From Candidatus Elulimicrobiales bacterium (GTDB lineage: Bacteria > Patescibacteriota > Minisyncoccia > Phycocordibacterales > UBA5272), in NCBI GenBank assembly GCA_034927475.1, contig JAYFPW010000006.1, positions 9,197 through 73,196 of the forward strand: a stretch of 64,000 bases of DNA, given 5' to 3'. The notes under the pieces were generated by a model. The model was not told the origin of the DNA. It did not search any database and saw only the letters and a program-made list of their open reading frames with translations. Position numbers and translations under genes: made by a program. Within the stretch, counting starts at the first letter, position 1, and each line of letters begins with the position of its first letter. This document shows, piece by piece, positions 38,322 to 47,989 of this stretch.

Positions 38322-39737
38322 TTGGTCGAGCTAGTGCTCGATTTTTTAATTAAAAATTTTGGAAATCAATTAGTAAAAATTAGTAAATTTAAATTTATGT
38401 TAGATATAAAAGCTTTAAATATAGCTCTTGAGACAATAGAGCAAGAAAAAAAGATTCCTCATGAGAGAGTAATCGATGCTGTAGAAAGATCTCTGGCAGC
38501 AGCTTATCAAAAAGAATACGGTAAAAAAGGGCAACTGATTCGTTGTCATATAAATTTTGATACAGGTGAAACTGCTTTTGAACAGATAAAAATAGTTGTA
38601 GATGAAACAACTGTTCGCATGGGAAGTGATGAAGATGATGAAGAGGAAGCTTTAGTTGAAGATAACCCTGAAGAAGTTTTGGTATTGCCTAAATATAATG
38701 AAGAAAAACATATTCTTTTATCTAGTGCAAAACTTTTAAAAAAGAATGTTGAGCTTGGGGATGAAATCTCATTTAACCTTGAAAATAAAAGCGATTTTGG
38801 ACGTATTGCTGCTCAGACAGCCAAGCAAGTTGTAGTTCAAAAAATTCGTGAAGCAGAAAATGAATCTATTGCTGGAGAATTTGAAGCAAGAGAAGGAAGT
38901 ATTATTTCTGGAATTGTGCAAAGAGCAGAAAGAGGAAATATTTTTGTCGATCTTGGTAGAACAACAGCTATTCTTCCTTTTGAAGAGCAAATTAGAAATG
39001 AAAAATTCCGCCCAGGACAAAGAATAAAAGCATATTTATATTCTATAGAAGAAGGTCCTCGCGGTCTTTCTATTCGCCTTTCAAGATCTCATCCAAAATT
39101 TTTAATTGAACTTTTTAAAGCGGAATCTTCTGAAATTGCCGACGGTACAGTAGAAATAATCACTGTGGCTAGAGAGCCTGGTAGTAGAAGTAAAATTGCT
39201 GTAAAAAGTAACGATCCAAGAATTGACCCAATTGGAGCTTGTGTTGGACAGAGAGGTGTGAGGGTTAACTCTATTAAAAATGAGCTTAACGGTGAAAATA
39301 TAGACATTATTAAATGGAGTGATGATGACAAAGAAAATATCGCCGCCTCCCTTTCGCCGGCTAAAGTTCATAGTATTGAAATTGATGAAGAAGAAAAGAA
39401 AGCTAAAGTTACCGTTAGTTTAGAAGAGCAATCTTTAGCTATTGGACGTGGAGGTCAAAATGTACGTTTAGCGGCAAAATTAACCGGCTGGAAAATCGAC
39501 GTTGCTGGCGAAGAGGGAGATTTAATTGTCGAAACAGATGAAGAAGGTGTAATTAATGGAGACGTTTTAGAAAATGAAACTGAAGACGGAGATGAAAATA
39601 AGGTTGAAAATCATACAGATTCTGCAGAAGCTGATAATTCAGAAGATGAGAATGCTGAAAATTTAGAAGAGAATAAAGAAGAATCAGCAGAAAATGAAGA
39701 AAAAGTTGATTCTGAGGAGGAAATTATTGAAGAATAA
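38322..39737 (+). CDS. nusA: Transcription termination/antitermination factor NusA with acidic C-terminal tail
   Basis: N-terminal domain (LNIALETIEQEKKIPHERVIDAVERSLAAAYQK), S1 domain, and two KH domains (GACVGQRGVRV, IGRGGQNVRLAAKLTGW). An alternative start is ATG 38397. Confidence 0.9.
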   Translation: MVELVLDFLIKNFGNQLVKISKFKFMLDIKALNIALETIEQEKKIPHERVIDAVERSLAAAYQKEYGKKGQLIRCHINFDTGETAFEQIKIVVDETTVRMGSDEDDEEEALVEDNPEEVLVLPKYNEEKHILLSSAKLLKKNVELGDEISFNLENKSDFGRIAAQTAKQVVVQKIREAENESIAGEFEAREGSIISGIVQRAERGNIFVDLGRTTAILPFEEQIRNEKFRPGQRIKAYLYSIEEGPRGLSIRLSRSHPKFLIELFKAESSEIADGTVEIITVAREPGSRSKIAVKSNDPRIDPIGACVGQRGVRVNSIKNELNGENIDIIKWSDDDKENIAASLSPAKVHSIEIDEEEKKAKVTVSLEEQSLAIGRGGQNVRLAAKLTGWKIDVAGEEGDLIVETDEEGVINGDVLENETEDGDENKVENHTDSAEADNSEDENAENLEENKEESAENEEKVDSEEEIIEE

Positions 39738-39751
39738 ATTTAAAAAATTAT

Positions 39752-40921
39752 ATGAAAGTAAAATTTGAAAATTTAGAAGATGGAGAAGTAAAAATGACTG
39801 TTTCTTTAGACAAAGAAGAGTTTGAAAAACATAGACAAGCTGGTTTTAAAAAGGTTCAGGAATTTATACAGATTGACGGTTTTAGAAAAGGTAATGTTCC
39901 AGAAAATGTCATTGTTGAAAAATATGGAGAAATGGTTATTTTGGAAGAAATGGCACATTTAGCCATTAACGACACTTTCTATTCTTCTATTATTAAAGAA
40001 AATGAAGATAAAAAGGATGATGAGAAAATTATCCCTCTTTCTGAGCCAAAGATTTCTATTACAAAAATTGGACAAGGGTCAGATCTCGAATATAACGCTG
40101 TTTTTTCAGTCCTTCCAAAAATAGATTTAGTAGATTATAAGAAAATAGCCAAAGAAGAGAATGAGAAGATAGAAAAAGAAGAGTTTGCTGAACTAAAAAA
40201 GAAAAACGACCAAGCTGTAAAAGAGGATATTTTAGAGGTTACCGAAGGGGAAGTTGTTGAAGTCCTTGAAAGTTTAAGAAAAACTAGATCTGGAGGAGGG
40301 CATGTTCATGAGGATGGGTCTGTACACTCTCATTCACACGAACATGTGGAAGAAGTTCCTCTAGAAGAAGGTGTAGAAAAGATAGAAAAAGAAGAACTTC
40401 CAGAATTAAACGATGAATTTGCACAAAGTTTTGGAGACCAATTTAAAACTTTAGATGAATTAAAGGCTAAGGTTAAAGAAAACTTAGTATTAGAAAAGAA
40501 ATCTAGACTACAAGAGAAAAAAAGAACCTCAATTTTAGAAAGATTGGTAACAGAAACCAAAACTGTATTACCAGAAGCTTTAATTGAAGACGAGTTAGAA
40601 AGAATGAAGTTACAAACTAAGGCTGATATTGAAAGATTTGGTAGTAAATGGGAAGAATATTTAACTCATTTAAAGAAAACCGAAGAAGATCTCAAGAGCG
40701 AATGGAGAGATATGGCTAGAAAAAGAGTAATGTCACAGCTTTTGATTAACGAAATAGCAAAAAAGGAGAAGGTGGAAGCCTCAAAAGAAGATATTGATGC
40801 CGAAGCTTTGAAAATTATGACTCAAATGCCAGAAGCAAATGAGAATAATGTGCGAGGATATGTACAGCAAATCCTGATTAACGAAAAAGTCATGAGAATG
40901 TTAGACGGAGAAGAAAAGTAA
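39752..40921 (+). CDS. tig: Trigger factor (ribosome-binding N-domain and C-domain; PPIase domain apparently replaced by His-rich segment)
   Basis: Signature GFRKGNVP in the N-domain. The middle segment is GGGHVHEDGSVHSHSHEHVEE rather than an FKBP fold. The C-terminal helical arm domain is present. Confidence 0.8.
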   Translation: MKVKFENLEDGEVKMTVSLDKEEFEKHRQAGFKKVQEFIQIDGFRKGNVPENVIVEKYGEMVILEEMAHLAINDTFYSSIIKENEDKKDDEKIIPLSEPKISITKIGQGSDLEYNAVFSVLPKIDLVDYKKIAKEENEKIEKEEFAELKKKNDQAVKEDILEVTEGEVVEVLESLRKTRSGGGHVHEDGSVHSHSHEHVEEVPLEEGVEKIEKEELPELNDEFAQSFGDQFKTLDELKAKVKENLVLEKKSRLQEKKRTSILERLVTETKTVLPEALIEDELERMKLQTKADIERFGSKWEEYLTHLKKTEEDLKSEWRDMARKRVMSQLLINEIAKKEKVEASKEDIDAEALKIMTQMPEANENNVRGYVQQILINEKVMRMLDGEEK

Positions 40922-40933
40922 GGTTATTTAAAA

Positions 40934-40968
40934 TAAAAGCCCTCATAAAAGTGAGGGTTTTTGTTTTT
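40934..40968 (+). terminator. Rho-independent terminator after tig
   Basis: AAAGCCCTCAtaaaaGTGAGGGTTTTTGTTTTT. Confidence 0.65.
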
Positions 40969-41039
40969 CTTCTATTTTTAGAACAGATGTTTTTTCTCCA
41001 CCAAGAGATTGTTTAGAACTTGTATCGAATTTAACTAAA

Positions 41040-41232
41040 ACAAAAAGACATTGCAAATATTTAAAAAGACAATATTTTTCTTAAAAATAAAAGACTTATT
41101 TTTTATAAAGGACATAAAAAGACAAAAATTTATAAAGGACATTTAAGAAAATTTACATAAAGGACAAGTTATCCACAGATATTTTCATAAAAGACATTGC
41201 ATTTAATTTAATGTCGTTTATAATATAAACAG
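41040..41232. repeat. Iteron-like array of AAAG(G)ACA(W) units with perfect DnaA box TTATCCACA (41169-41177); member of dispersed intergenic repeat family
   Basis: At least 8 copies of aaaggacat/aaaagacat within ~190 bp. It ends with ATGTCGTTTATAATATAA, which is shared with the copies at 59640, 62195, 48010 (inverted) and 49740. Confidence 0.55.
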
Positions 41233-41311
41233 GGTGAGCAGCTTAGGATAAAAGCGCAACCCGGCTTACGGGAATAATAAAAATAATATCCTATAAAGCT
41301 GGTTCTCACCA
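41232..41311 (+). other. Predicted stable ~80-nt stem-loop (possible small ncRNA; function unknown)
   Basis: GGTGAGCAGC-TTAGGATA-[...CCCGgcttaCGGG...]-TATCCTA-GCTGgttCTCACC are nested helices. It is flanked by AAACAG direct repeats. It does not match tRNA, tmRNA, SRP or RNase P signatures I can recognise. Confidence 0.3.
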
Positions 41312-41546
41312 AACAGTTCGTTACAAGCAACACAAGTTGCATAATAGCTAAAATAAACTAATAATAAATAATAGCACCCAACTTATATATTTTTGTTTGT
41401 CTTTTATAACTTTTAGACAAATAACTCAAAAGTATCTTAAATGTCTTTTATAAAAATAATAATCATCATAAAAGACATAAGCATTGAAAAATGCATCTCA
41501 AATACTAGAGGATGATACCTCACTAAAAACAATCAATATTATTCGT

Positions 41547-41589
41547 GTCCAGCGAATTAAATCCTTTCCAAAGATTTAGCTCGCTGGAC
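41547..41589. other. 43-bp near-perfect palindrome / hairpin
   Basis: GTCCAGCGAattAAATCcTTTccAAAGATTTagcTCGCTGGAC has a 9-bp outer stem and a palindromic inner stem. Confidence 0.4.
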
Positions 41590-41638
41590 ATGAGAAATAT
41601 CAAACTCTCCAATTATTCAGCGTCATGGTTGAGCCAAG

Positions 41639-41667
41639 CTCCCGGTTGAAATATGGGGAGTTTTTTA
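41639..41667 (+). terminator. Rho-independent terminator at end of the 0.96-kb noncoding region
   Basis: CTCCCggttgaaatatGGGGAG followed by TTTTTT. This implies a plus-strand transcript upstream with no ORF. Confidence 0.5.
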
Positions 41668-41884
41668 TTTGCAATTTTATATATAAAAATAACAATTATT
41701 TTAAATATTTTGTCAAGTTGTATTTTTTTCAAAAAAAGCTTTATACTATAAGGGTATTCTTGAAATTCGTTTTTTAAAATAAAAGCGAAAGAAAAGAATG
41801 TGCGCATATTAATAATATTTAAGATAATCCTAGGAAAATATCTTAAATTTAATTTTAAAAAACAAATTTAATTTAAATAAAAAT

Positions 41885-42157
41885 ATGAATAAAGTAGCAC
41901 TTGCAGAAGAGATCAATAAAATCTTAAATACTTCTAAAGCAGAATCAGAAAGAGTTGTTGAAGCTTTGTTTGATTCAATTGCTCACGCTCTTAAAAAAGG
42001 AGAAGAAGTATCAGTAGCAGGATTTGGAAAATTCTCTGTTAAACACAGAAAAGCTAGAGAAGCCAGAAATCCTAAGACTGGAGAAACTGTAAAAGTTCCA
42101 GCATCAAACGCTGTAAAGTTTTCAGTTGCTAAAGCTCTCAAAGAAGCTGTAAAGTAA
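41885..42157 (+). CDS. hup: DNA-binding protein HU
   Basis: 90 aa with GFGKFSVKHRKAREARNPKTGETVKVPA, the canonical HU arm. Confidence 0.9.
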   Translation: MNKVALAEEINKILNTSKAESERVVEALFDSIAHALKKGEEVSVAGFGKFSVKHRKAREARNPKTGETVKVPASNAVKFSVAKALKEAVK

Positions 42158-42178
42158 TTTACTTTTAGATAAAAATAA

Positions 42179-42212
42179 AAGACCGACTATTTTAGTTGGT
42201 CTTTTGTTTTTT
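42179..42212. terminator. Bidirectional terminator after hup
   Basis: AGACCGACTattttAGTTGGTCT followed by TTTTGTTTTTTTT. Confidence 0.6.
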
Positions 42213-42219
42213 TTAAATC

Positions 42220-42804
42220 TTAGTTTTCCAAAAACATATTGTCTGGAAGGTGAGAAAGTTTAATTATATATCCCCTCCTTCTTTTTTCAGTTTTTGAAAT
42301 TTGAGCAGATGCATGTTTACTTGTTTTGTTTAAATAAGTTTCTGAGTAGATATGATCATAATAATCATCTCCAAGATAAGTTCCTAAATATGTAGGAATA
42401 TATTTGTCGATAATATCTTTTTCAACCTGTTCGAGCCATCTTATATTTGCTTCCTTCGTTGAACGTCTGTCATAAACAAACAGAGGAGAAGAAATACTGT
42501 TAACCCAAGAATATTTTAAAAATTCTGGATTATCGGTTACAAAGATAATCTTTTTAAACAACAAGGCTTTAAGAAGAAACTTTTTAAAAGATTTTCTCTC
42601 AGAGTCTTTAACAGACATATTTTTGCTTTTAAACGCCAGAAAGTAGTCGGAGTAAAATATTTTATACCCTTCGTCTTTCCACTCTTCAATCGAATTAATC
42701 ATTCGCTGAGACCTTGTCCCAACCAAGATTTTTGCTCTTAGTTTTAAGCTATATAAAATGTACAGCGTTAAAAGTAGCAATAAAATAAACACTAAAGTTC
42801 CCAT
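42220..42804 (-). CDS. Membrane-anchored hypothetical protein
   Basis: 194 aa with an N-terminal TM (LVFILLLLLTLYILYSL). No recognisable domain. Confidence 0.45.
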   Translation of the reverse strand: MGTLVFILLLLLTLYILYSLKLRAKILVGTRSQRMINSIEEWKDEGYKIFYSDYFLAFKSKNMSVKDSERKSFKKFLLKALLFKKIIFVTDNPEFLKYSWVNSISSPLFVYDRRSTKEANIRWLEQVEKDIIDKYIPTYLGTYLGDDYYDHIYSETYLNKTSKHASAQISKTEKRRRGYIIKLSHLPDNMFLEN

Positions 42805-43018
42805 TTTTAATTTTTTTAAAAGTTAATATTATTTTTTAAGTACTATTCTAAAAGAAAATTACCATAATTATATAGTAATGTCAAATATACCCATTTCTAA
42901 AAATCCCCTTCTGTGGTATAGTAATTTCATACAGAAAGGTTGCTAGACTTTATTGTTCTGAATGAGATTACGAAAGAATTTGATTATTAATTGAAATTTT
43001 GAAACTAAAAAATAAAAT

Positions 43019-43603
43019 ATGTTAATACCAACAGTCTTGGAAAAGACACAAAATGGCGAGCGTGCTTATGATATTTACTCTCGCCTCTTAAAAGAAAGGA
43101 TTATTTTTCTAGGAGAAGAAATAAATGAGCACACTTCTAATCTAGTTATAGCGCAGCTACTTTTTTTAGAAGCAGAAGATTCTAAAAAGGACATTACTTT
43201 ATACATTTCATCTCCCGGAGGACTAGTATCTGGGACACTTGCAATGATAGATACCATTAATCACATTAAATGTGACGTCTCTACTGTTTGTGTAGGGATG
43301 GCGGCTTCTGGAGGAGCTTGGCTTCTTTCTTCTGGAACAAAAGGAAAAAGATTTATACTTCCAAATGCGGAAGTGATGATTCATCAACCTCTTGGTGGAG
43401 CACAAGGACAAACTACAGATATTCTCATTACCGCTGAACAATATAGAAAACATCGTGAACTTTTAGCAGAAATGATGGCAAAGAATACTGGACAAAAGAA
43501 AGAAAAAGTTCTAAAAGACTTGGAAAGAGACTATTGGATGAGTGGAGAAGAAGCAAAAAAATACGGCATCGTTGATGAAGTTTTAAAACCAAAGAAGAAA
43601 TAA
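43019..43603 (+). CDS. clpP: ATP-dependent Clp protease proteolytic subunit
   Basis: Has [13 protein letters not shown], the catalytic Ser in [11 protein letters not shown], and MIHQP. Confidence 0.95.
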   Translation: MLIPTVLEKTQNGERAYDIYSRLLKERIIFLGEEINEHTSNLVIAQLLFLEAEDSKKDITLYISSPGGLVSGTLAMIDTINHIKCDVSTVCVGMAASGGAWLLSSGTKGKRFILPNAEVMIHQPLGGAQGQTTDILITAEQYRKHRELLAEMMAKNTGQKKEKVLKDLERDYWMSGEEAKKYGIVDEVLKPKKK

Positions 43604-43632
43604 TACTCTTCAGTATATTTTAATTTAAAAAT

Positions 43633-45141
43633 ATGAAAGAAGTATTTTTTATAAACTTTAACTTATTATTTATTTTGTTGGCAGCTATTGCTGGACTTGT
43701 GCTTGGTTATGTCGGAAGACATTATGTGGCTTTACTTAGAAAAAATTCAGTAGAAAATGAAATTGAGAGAAGACTTGAAGACGCTAAGAAAAATGCAAAA
43801 GAAATCGAAGACGCATCAAAAAAAGATGCTGACGAAATGAAACAAAGATTAGATAAAACAGAAGCTAGGTTAGATAAAAAAGAAGACGAATTAGAATCTC
43901 GCGAAGAAGCTGTCAAATTAGAAAAAGAAAAACTTTTCTCTGCAGCAGAAGAAGTAAAAAATATACAAGAAAGAGTTTTAGAAAAAGAAAAAGGTATTAA
44001 CAAAGAACTTGAAAAAGTCGCATCTCTTTCCGAAGAAGAGGCTAGAAAAATTTTAATAGAAAAAGTTGAGAGGGATAGCGGGGAAGATATTAAGTCTCGC
44101 CTATTAAAAATTTCTCGTGATGGGGAGAAAAAAATAGAAGAAAAAGCCAAAGATATTTTAGTTTCTGTAATACACAGATTAGCCAATTCAAATATTACAG
44201 AATTCATGACTTCTGTAGTAGAAATCGAAGATGAAGAAATCAAAGGTAAAATAATTGGTAAAGAAGGAAGAAATATTAAAACTTTTGAAAGGGCAAGTGG
44301 AGTAGAATTATTAATCGATGAAATTCCAAACGCTGTAGTCATTTCTTGTTTCGATCCAATTAGAAGAGCTATAGCAAAAAATGCTTTAGAAGGTCTTATA
44401 AAAGACGGAAGAATTCAACCAGCTCGCATTGAAGAATTTTTAGAAAAATCAAAAAGAGAAATAGGAACATTTATTCGCCAAAAAGGAGAAGAAGCTATCA
44501 GGGAAACTGGAATTTTAAATATTCCAGATGACATATTGCCGATTTTAGGAAGGCTTTATTTTAGAACAAGTTATGGACAGAATGTTTTAGATCACTCTAT
44601 AGAAATGTCTCATATTGCAGGTATGCTCGCCAGTGAGCTTGGTGCAGATGTGCAAGTAGCCAAAGCCGGAGCCTTACTTCACGATATTGGAAAAACTGTC
44701 GATCATGAAATTACTGGTACACATGTAGAAATTGGAAGAAGAATTTTGATGAAATACGGTGTAGATGAAAAAGTTATTTTAGCAATGCAAGCCCATCATG
44801 AAGAATATCCTTACGAAACTTTAGAATCTGTAATAGTTCAAGTAGCTGATACAATTTCTGGATCTCGTCCAGGAGCTAGAAGAGATTCTATAGAAAATTA
44901 TATTAAAAGACTTTCCGATTTAGAAAATTTAGCCATGAGTTTTCTTGGTATAGAAAAAGTTTATGCTTTGCAAGCTGGTAGAGAAATAAGAGTTTTTGTG
45001 GAGCCAAAATTGGTTAGTGATTTAGAAGCTTTATCTTTAGCTAGAAATATTGCTCTTAAAATTGAAACTGAAATTAAGTATCCAGGTGAGATTAAAATTA
45101 ATGTGATTCGTGAGAGTAGAGTGATAGAATTTGCGAGATAG
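43633..45141 (+). CDS. rny: Ribonuclease Y
   Basis: N-terminal TM, coiled coil, KH (IGKEGRNIKTFERASGVEL), and HD domain (LLHDIGK, HHEEY); 502 aa. Confidence 0.9.
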   Translation: MKEVFFINFNLLFILLAAIAGLVLGYVGRHYVALLRKNSVENEIERRLEDAKKNAKEIEDASKKDADEMKQRLDKTEARLDKKEDELESREEAVKLEKEKLFSAAEEVKNIQERVLEKEKGINKELEKVASLSEEEARKILIEKVERDSGEDIKSRLLKISRDGEKKIEEKAKDILVSVIHRLANSNITEFMTSVVEIEDEEIKGKIIGKEGRNIKTFERASGVELLIDEIPNAVVISCFDPIRRAIAKNALEGLIKDGRIQPARIEEFLEKSKREIGTFIRQKGEEAIRETGILNIPDDILPILGRLYFRTSYGQNVLDHSIEMSHIAGMLASELGADVQVAKAGALLHDIGKTVDHEITGTHVEIGRRILMKYGVDEKVILAMQAHHEEYPYETLESVIVQVADTISGSRPGARRDSIENYIKRLSDLENLAMSFLGIEKVYALQAGREIRVFVEPKLVSDLEALSLARNIALKIETEIKYPGEIKINVIRESRVIEFAR

Positions 45142-45155
45142 GGTTTAAAAAATAA

Positions 45156-45186
45156 AAAACTACCTTTAAGGTAGTTTTTTATTTTT
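45156..45186. terminator. Rho-independent terminator after rny
   Basis: AAAAACTACCTTtaaGGTAGTTTTTTATTTTT. Confidence 0.65.
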
Positions 45187-45208
45187 ATACTTAATAAGTT
45201 TCTTTTAA

Positions 45209-45550
45209 TTATTGATTAGCCATTTCTATGACTACTCCCGTTGCTTCTGGAAGATTATTACTAAATATATAGATGTAACCATCCCAGTCAGTTGCCACCA
45301 ATTTTGTTCCATCGGCAGAGGATGTGATAGAAGACCAGTATGGCATTAAACTCTCAGCTCCCCCCTCCTTCCAAGTTTCGCCACCATCTATTGACATATA
45401 AATTACTCCATCATATGTTGTTGCAGCCAACCTTGCGTCGCTAGCAGAAGATGTAACGGAAGCTTAATAAGACTCACTATTCGAAGCTTCACTCTCAGTC
45501 CATTTTTTCCCATCGTCTGCAGAGTGATAGAGTTTGCCAGGTAGTTTTAA
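45209..45550 (-). pseudogene. Remnant of a BNR/Asp-box repeat protein gene, interrupted by in-frame TAA (45464-45466)
   Basis: The reverse-strand reading ...LPGKLYHSADDGKKWTESEASNSESY*ASVTSSASDARLAATTYDGVIYMSIDGGETWKEGG... contains Asp-box motifs (SxDxGxxW) like the neighbouring 763-aa paralogue. It has no N-terminal signal region. Confidence 0.5.
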
Positions 45551-45628
45551 AAAATAAATATAAATTTAAAAATACAAATTCAAAAGCCCACGCCTTCAGT
45601 ACGGATCTTTTCTTCTTTAAAAAAATTC

Positions 45629-47920
45629 TTATTTCCTAATTTTTGCAACTACGCCTCTGGCTTGAGGAAGTTCATTGTACAACCTGTAAATCTTTGGTGT
45701 CTCTGTATTATCAGAATATTCCCATCTGACAAACATACTTTCTCCAGATCCAGACATGCTAACAATTGGGCTGTACCCCTTCGGAACACCAATCTCCTTA
45801 TTCCAAGTTTCTCCACAGTCTAAAGAAGAGTAAATATCTCCATCCCAATCAGAAATCAAAATCTTGTATCCATCATCAGAAATAGCCACACCGTTCCAAT
45901 AATCGGAACCGAGAGAGGTTATCTCTTTCCACGTCGCCCCTCCATCTCTAGATATAAGTGAGTAACCAGGATTTACACCTTCTATTGGTAACGGTTTGGT
46001 AATAACTATGGTCTTGCCATCTTTAGACGCATCTATTCCAGTAACAAGAGATAATAAAGGAGGATTTGTGTCTACCCAAGTTTTTCCTTCATCAGTAGAA
46101 ATATAAACACTGTCTGTAAAAGCAATAAATTTACTTCCACTATTTTCTACAAAAAGTTTTTTATTATACCAATATCCGCCTCTAGCAAGCTCTTCATGTT
46201 CTTCATATTCAATGTCTTCTAGTATAAAGTTTTCATCTAAAAGACTCTGTATTTCTAATTTGAAGAAATATAAGTAACCTATAAAATAGAGATATTTACC
46301 ATCAGGAGAAATATCGAAAGCGTCAAAAAAGATAGGAAAATCTGGAGGAAAATCATTCCAGGTATCACCACCGTCTAGAGAGAATATTGAATCTTCTGTT
46401 ATTCCATAAATCTTGTTTCCAAGAAATATAACTTCTCCATTTTCAGACATCTTTAAATCTACCCAATCGCCTAATGGAGCGCTACTGAGATTCCAATCTT
46501 GACCATAGTTATTAGAAATATAGACACTACCTTCTGATAAGGCCACAACCTTGTCTCCTTTCTTAGAAATTGCTAAAGAATCCAAAGACATTTGTCCAAT
46601 TTCTAACCAATCATTATATGTTAAAAGAAAGATATTATCTTCACTATAAGCAATACCTTTTTCATTCTCTACGAAAAATCTATAACGATAATAAGAGTTG
46701 GGTGTTAAATTTGTTGCGGTAGCTGTAAAAGTTCCCACATTAAAACTATCTGCTTCTTCTAAGATTTCATACGTACAAGAACTTTCCAGTGTAGCGCTTG
46801 AACAATATTCTACTCCTCGCCTTGTATGATTTGTGTTAATAAAAGCAGAAAAAGAAACTTCTGTTTGATTTCTAATAGCATAGGATAACGAAAATATTTT
46901 CGGTTTTTCTAATTCACCATATGAGTAAATATATCCATTTTGAAATCCAACAAAAAAATTCTTACCTTCACCATCTACAGAAATAGTTGTAGCTGACCAT
47001 TCTTCATCAGGTTTTAATACCTCTTTCCAACTTTTTCCACCATCAATAGAAAGTCCTATTTGATAGGCATTAATGGTCATTGATTTATTCCCGTCTCTAG
47101 AAGTGGCTAGTCCAGATGCTGCATAGCTCGGAGATTCAGCTTTATGCCAAGTATCTCCTCCATCTGTAGAATATGAGACAACTGCACCATTGGTTGCGGT
47201 TATTATTATGTTGTTTTCATCATCAGAGACTGATAAATCTTCCCAATACCAATAACCATCGTCATAAGTATAAGTGGTTATTGGTTTAGATATCCAAGTG
47301 GCTCCGTAATTATTTGAGATGAAAAAAGCGTCAGACCATCCGACAGATAGGATCTTTTCCCCATTTGGGGATACGTAAATATCTTTAGGATTTATGGGAT
47401 CAGTAGAACTTGCCCAACTTTCTCCAGAATCAGTTGACACATAAACCCTTATGCGATAATCATTTCTGTTATGAGCTATAGTCCCAATGGTTTTTCCATC
47501 ATCTGATAAGGATATATTGTGCCAATAGTCAACTTCAGGCGGATTATTTAAAGAGCTCCATGTTGCTCCAAAATCGGAAGATAGGTATATATAATTTTTT
47601 CCAGAAGCTATTACATATTTTCCGTCTGGAGAAGAATTAATATCTGACCAATGTTGAACGGGAAAACTTTTTAATTCCCAGGTATTTCCTTTGTCTTTAG
47701 ATATATAAATATTTTCACCATAATTTTCAATTGCAGCCAGTTGATTTCCGTCAGAAGAAGAGGTTATGGCTTTCCAATTTCTTTTGCCTGCATTAGTTTT
47801 AGCAGTCCAAACCATAGATATATTTGTCGTAGTAGCTTCTTGCGCAAAACTAAGACCAAAAGAAAAAAGTAGAGAAAGGATAAAGGCAGTAATAGTGAGT
47901 TTTTTAATAATATTTTTCAT
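45629..47920 (-). CDS. Secreted BNR/Asp-box repeat beta-propeller protein with Fn3-like insert
   Basis: Signal peptide plus >=10 Asp-box motifs (SKDKGNTW, SSDFGATW, STDSGESW, STDGGDTW, SIDGGKSW, SLDGGDTW, STDEGKTW, SRDGGATW, SLDCGETW). The TATATNLTPNSYYRYRFFVENEKG segment is shared with the 62378+ paralogue. Confidence 0.7.
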   Translation of the reverse strand: MKNIIKKLTITAFILSLLFSFGLSFAQEATTTNISMVWTAKTNAGKRNWKAITSSSDGNQLAAIENYGENIYISKDKGNTWELKSFPVQHWSDINSSPDGKYVIASGKNYIYLSSDFGATWSSLNNPPEVDYWHNISLSDDGKTIGTIAHNRNDYRIRVYVSTDSGESWASSTDPINPKDIYVSPNGEKILSVGWSDAFFISNNYGATWISKPITTYTYDDGYWYWEDLSVSDDENNIIITATNGAVVSYSTDGGDTWHKAESPSYAASGLATSRDGNKSMTINAYQIGLSIDGGKSWKEVLKPDEEWSATTISVDGEGKNFFVGFQNGYIYSYGELEKPKIFSLSYAIRNQTEVSFSAFINTNHTRRGVEYCSSATLESSCTYEILEEADSFNVGTFTATATNLTPNSYYRYRFFVENEKGIAYSEDNIFLLTYNDWLEIGQMSLDSLAISKKGDKVVALSEGSVYISNNYGQDWNLSSAPLGDWVDLKMSENGEVIFLGNKIYGITEDSIFSLDGGDTWNDFPPDFPIFFDAFDISPDGKYLYFIGYLYFFKLEIQSLLDENFILEDIEYEEHEELARGGYWYNKKLFVENSGSKFIAFTDSVYISTDEGKTWVDTNPPLLSLVTGIDASKDGKTIVITKPLPIEGVNPGYSLISRDGGATWKEITSLGSDYWNGVAISDDGYKILISDWDGDIYSSLDCGETWNKEIGVPKGYSPIVSMSGSGESMFVRWEYSDNTETPKIYRLYNELPQARGVVAKIRK

Positions 47921-47989
47921 AAAAATTTTTATAATTTGTTTTTATTTTTTAATTAGATAATTTATACAAAGAAAAAGATGCCTAGAACA

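Noticed and set aside
41232-41311. Considered as RNase P RNA or SRP RNA because of CCCGGCTTACGGG
   Set aside because: The real RNase P RNA with all conserved blocks is at 51018-51300. This element lacks the SRP domain IV GGAAGCAGC-type motif and tRNA-like ends. Left as an unassigned structured element.
42805-43018. Possible CtsR/HrcA operator upstream of clpP
   Set aside because: Only a weak 6-bp inverted repeat (TTCTGT...ACAGAA) and no GGTCAAA-type direct repeat or CIRCE element. Insufficient to call.
43722-44342. 206-aa Ser-rich minus-strand ORF
   Set aside because: Antisense to rny (whose KH/HD motifs are unambiguous). Low-complexity shadow ORF.
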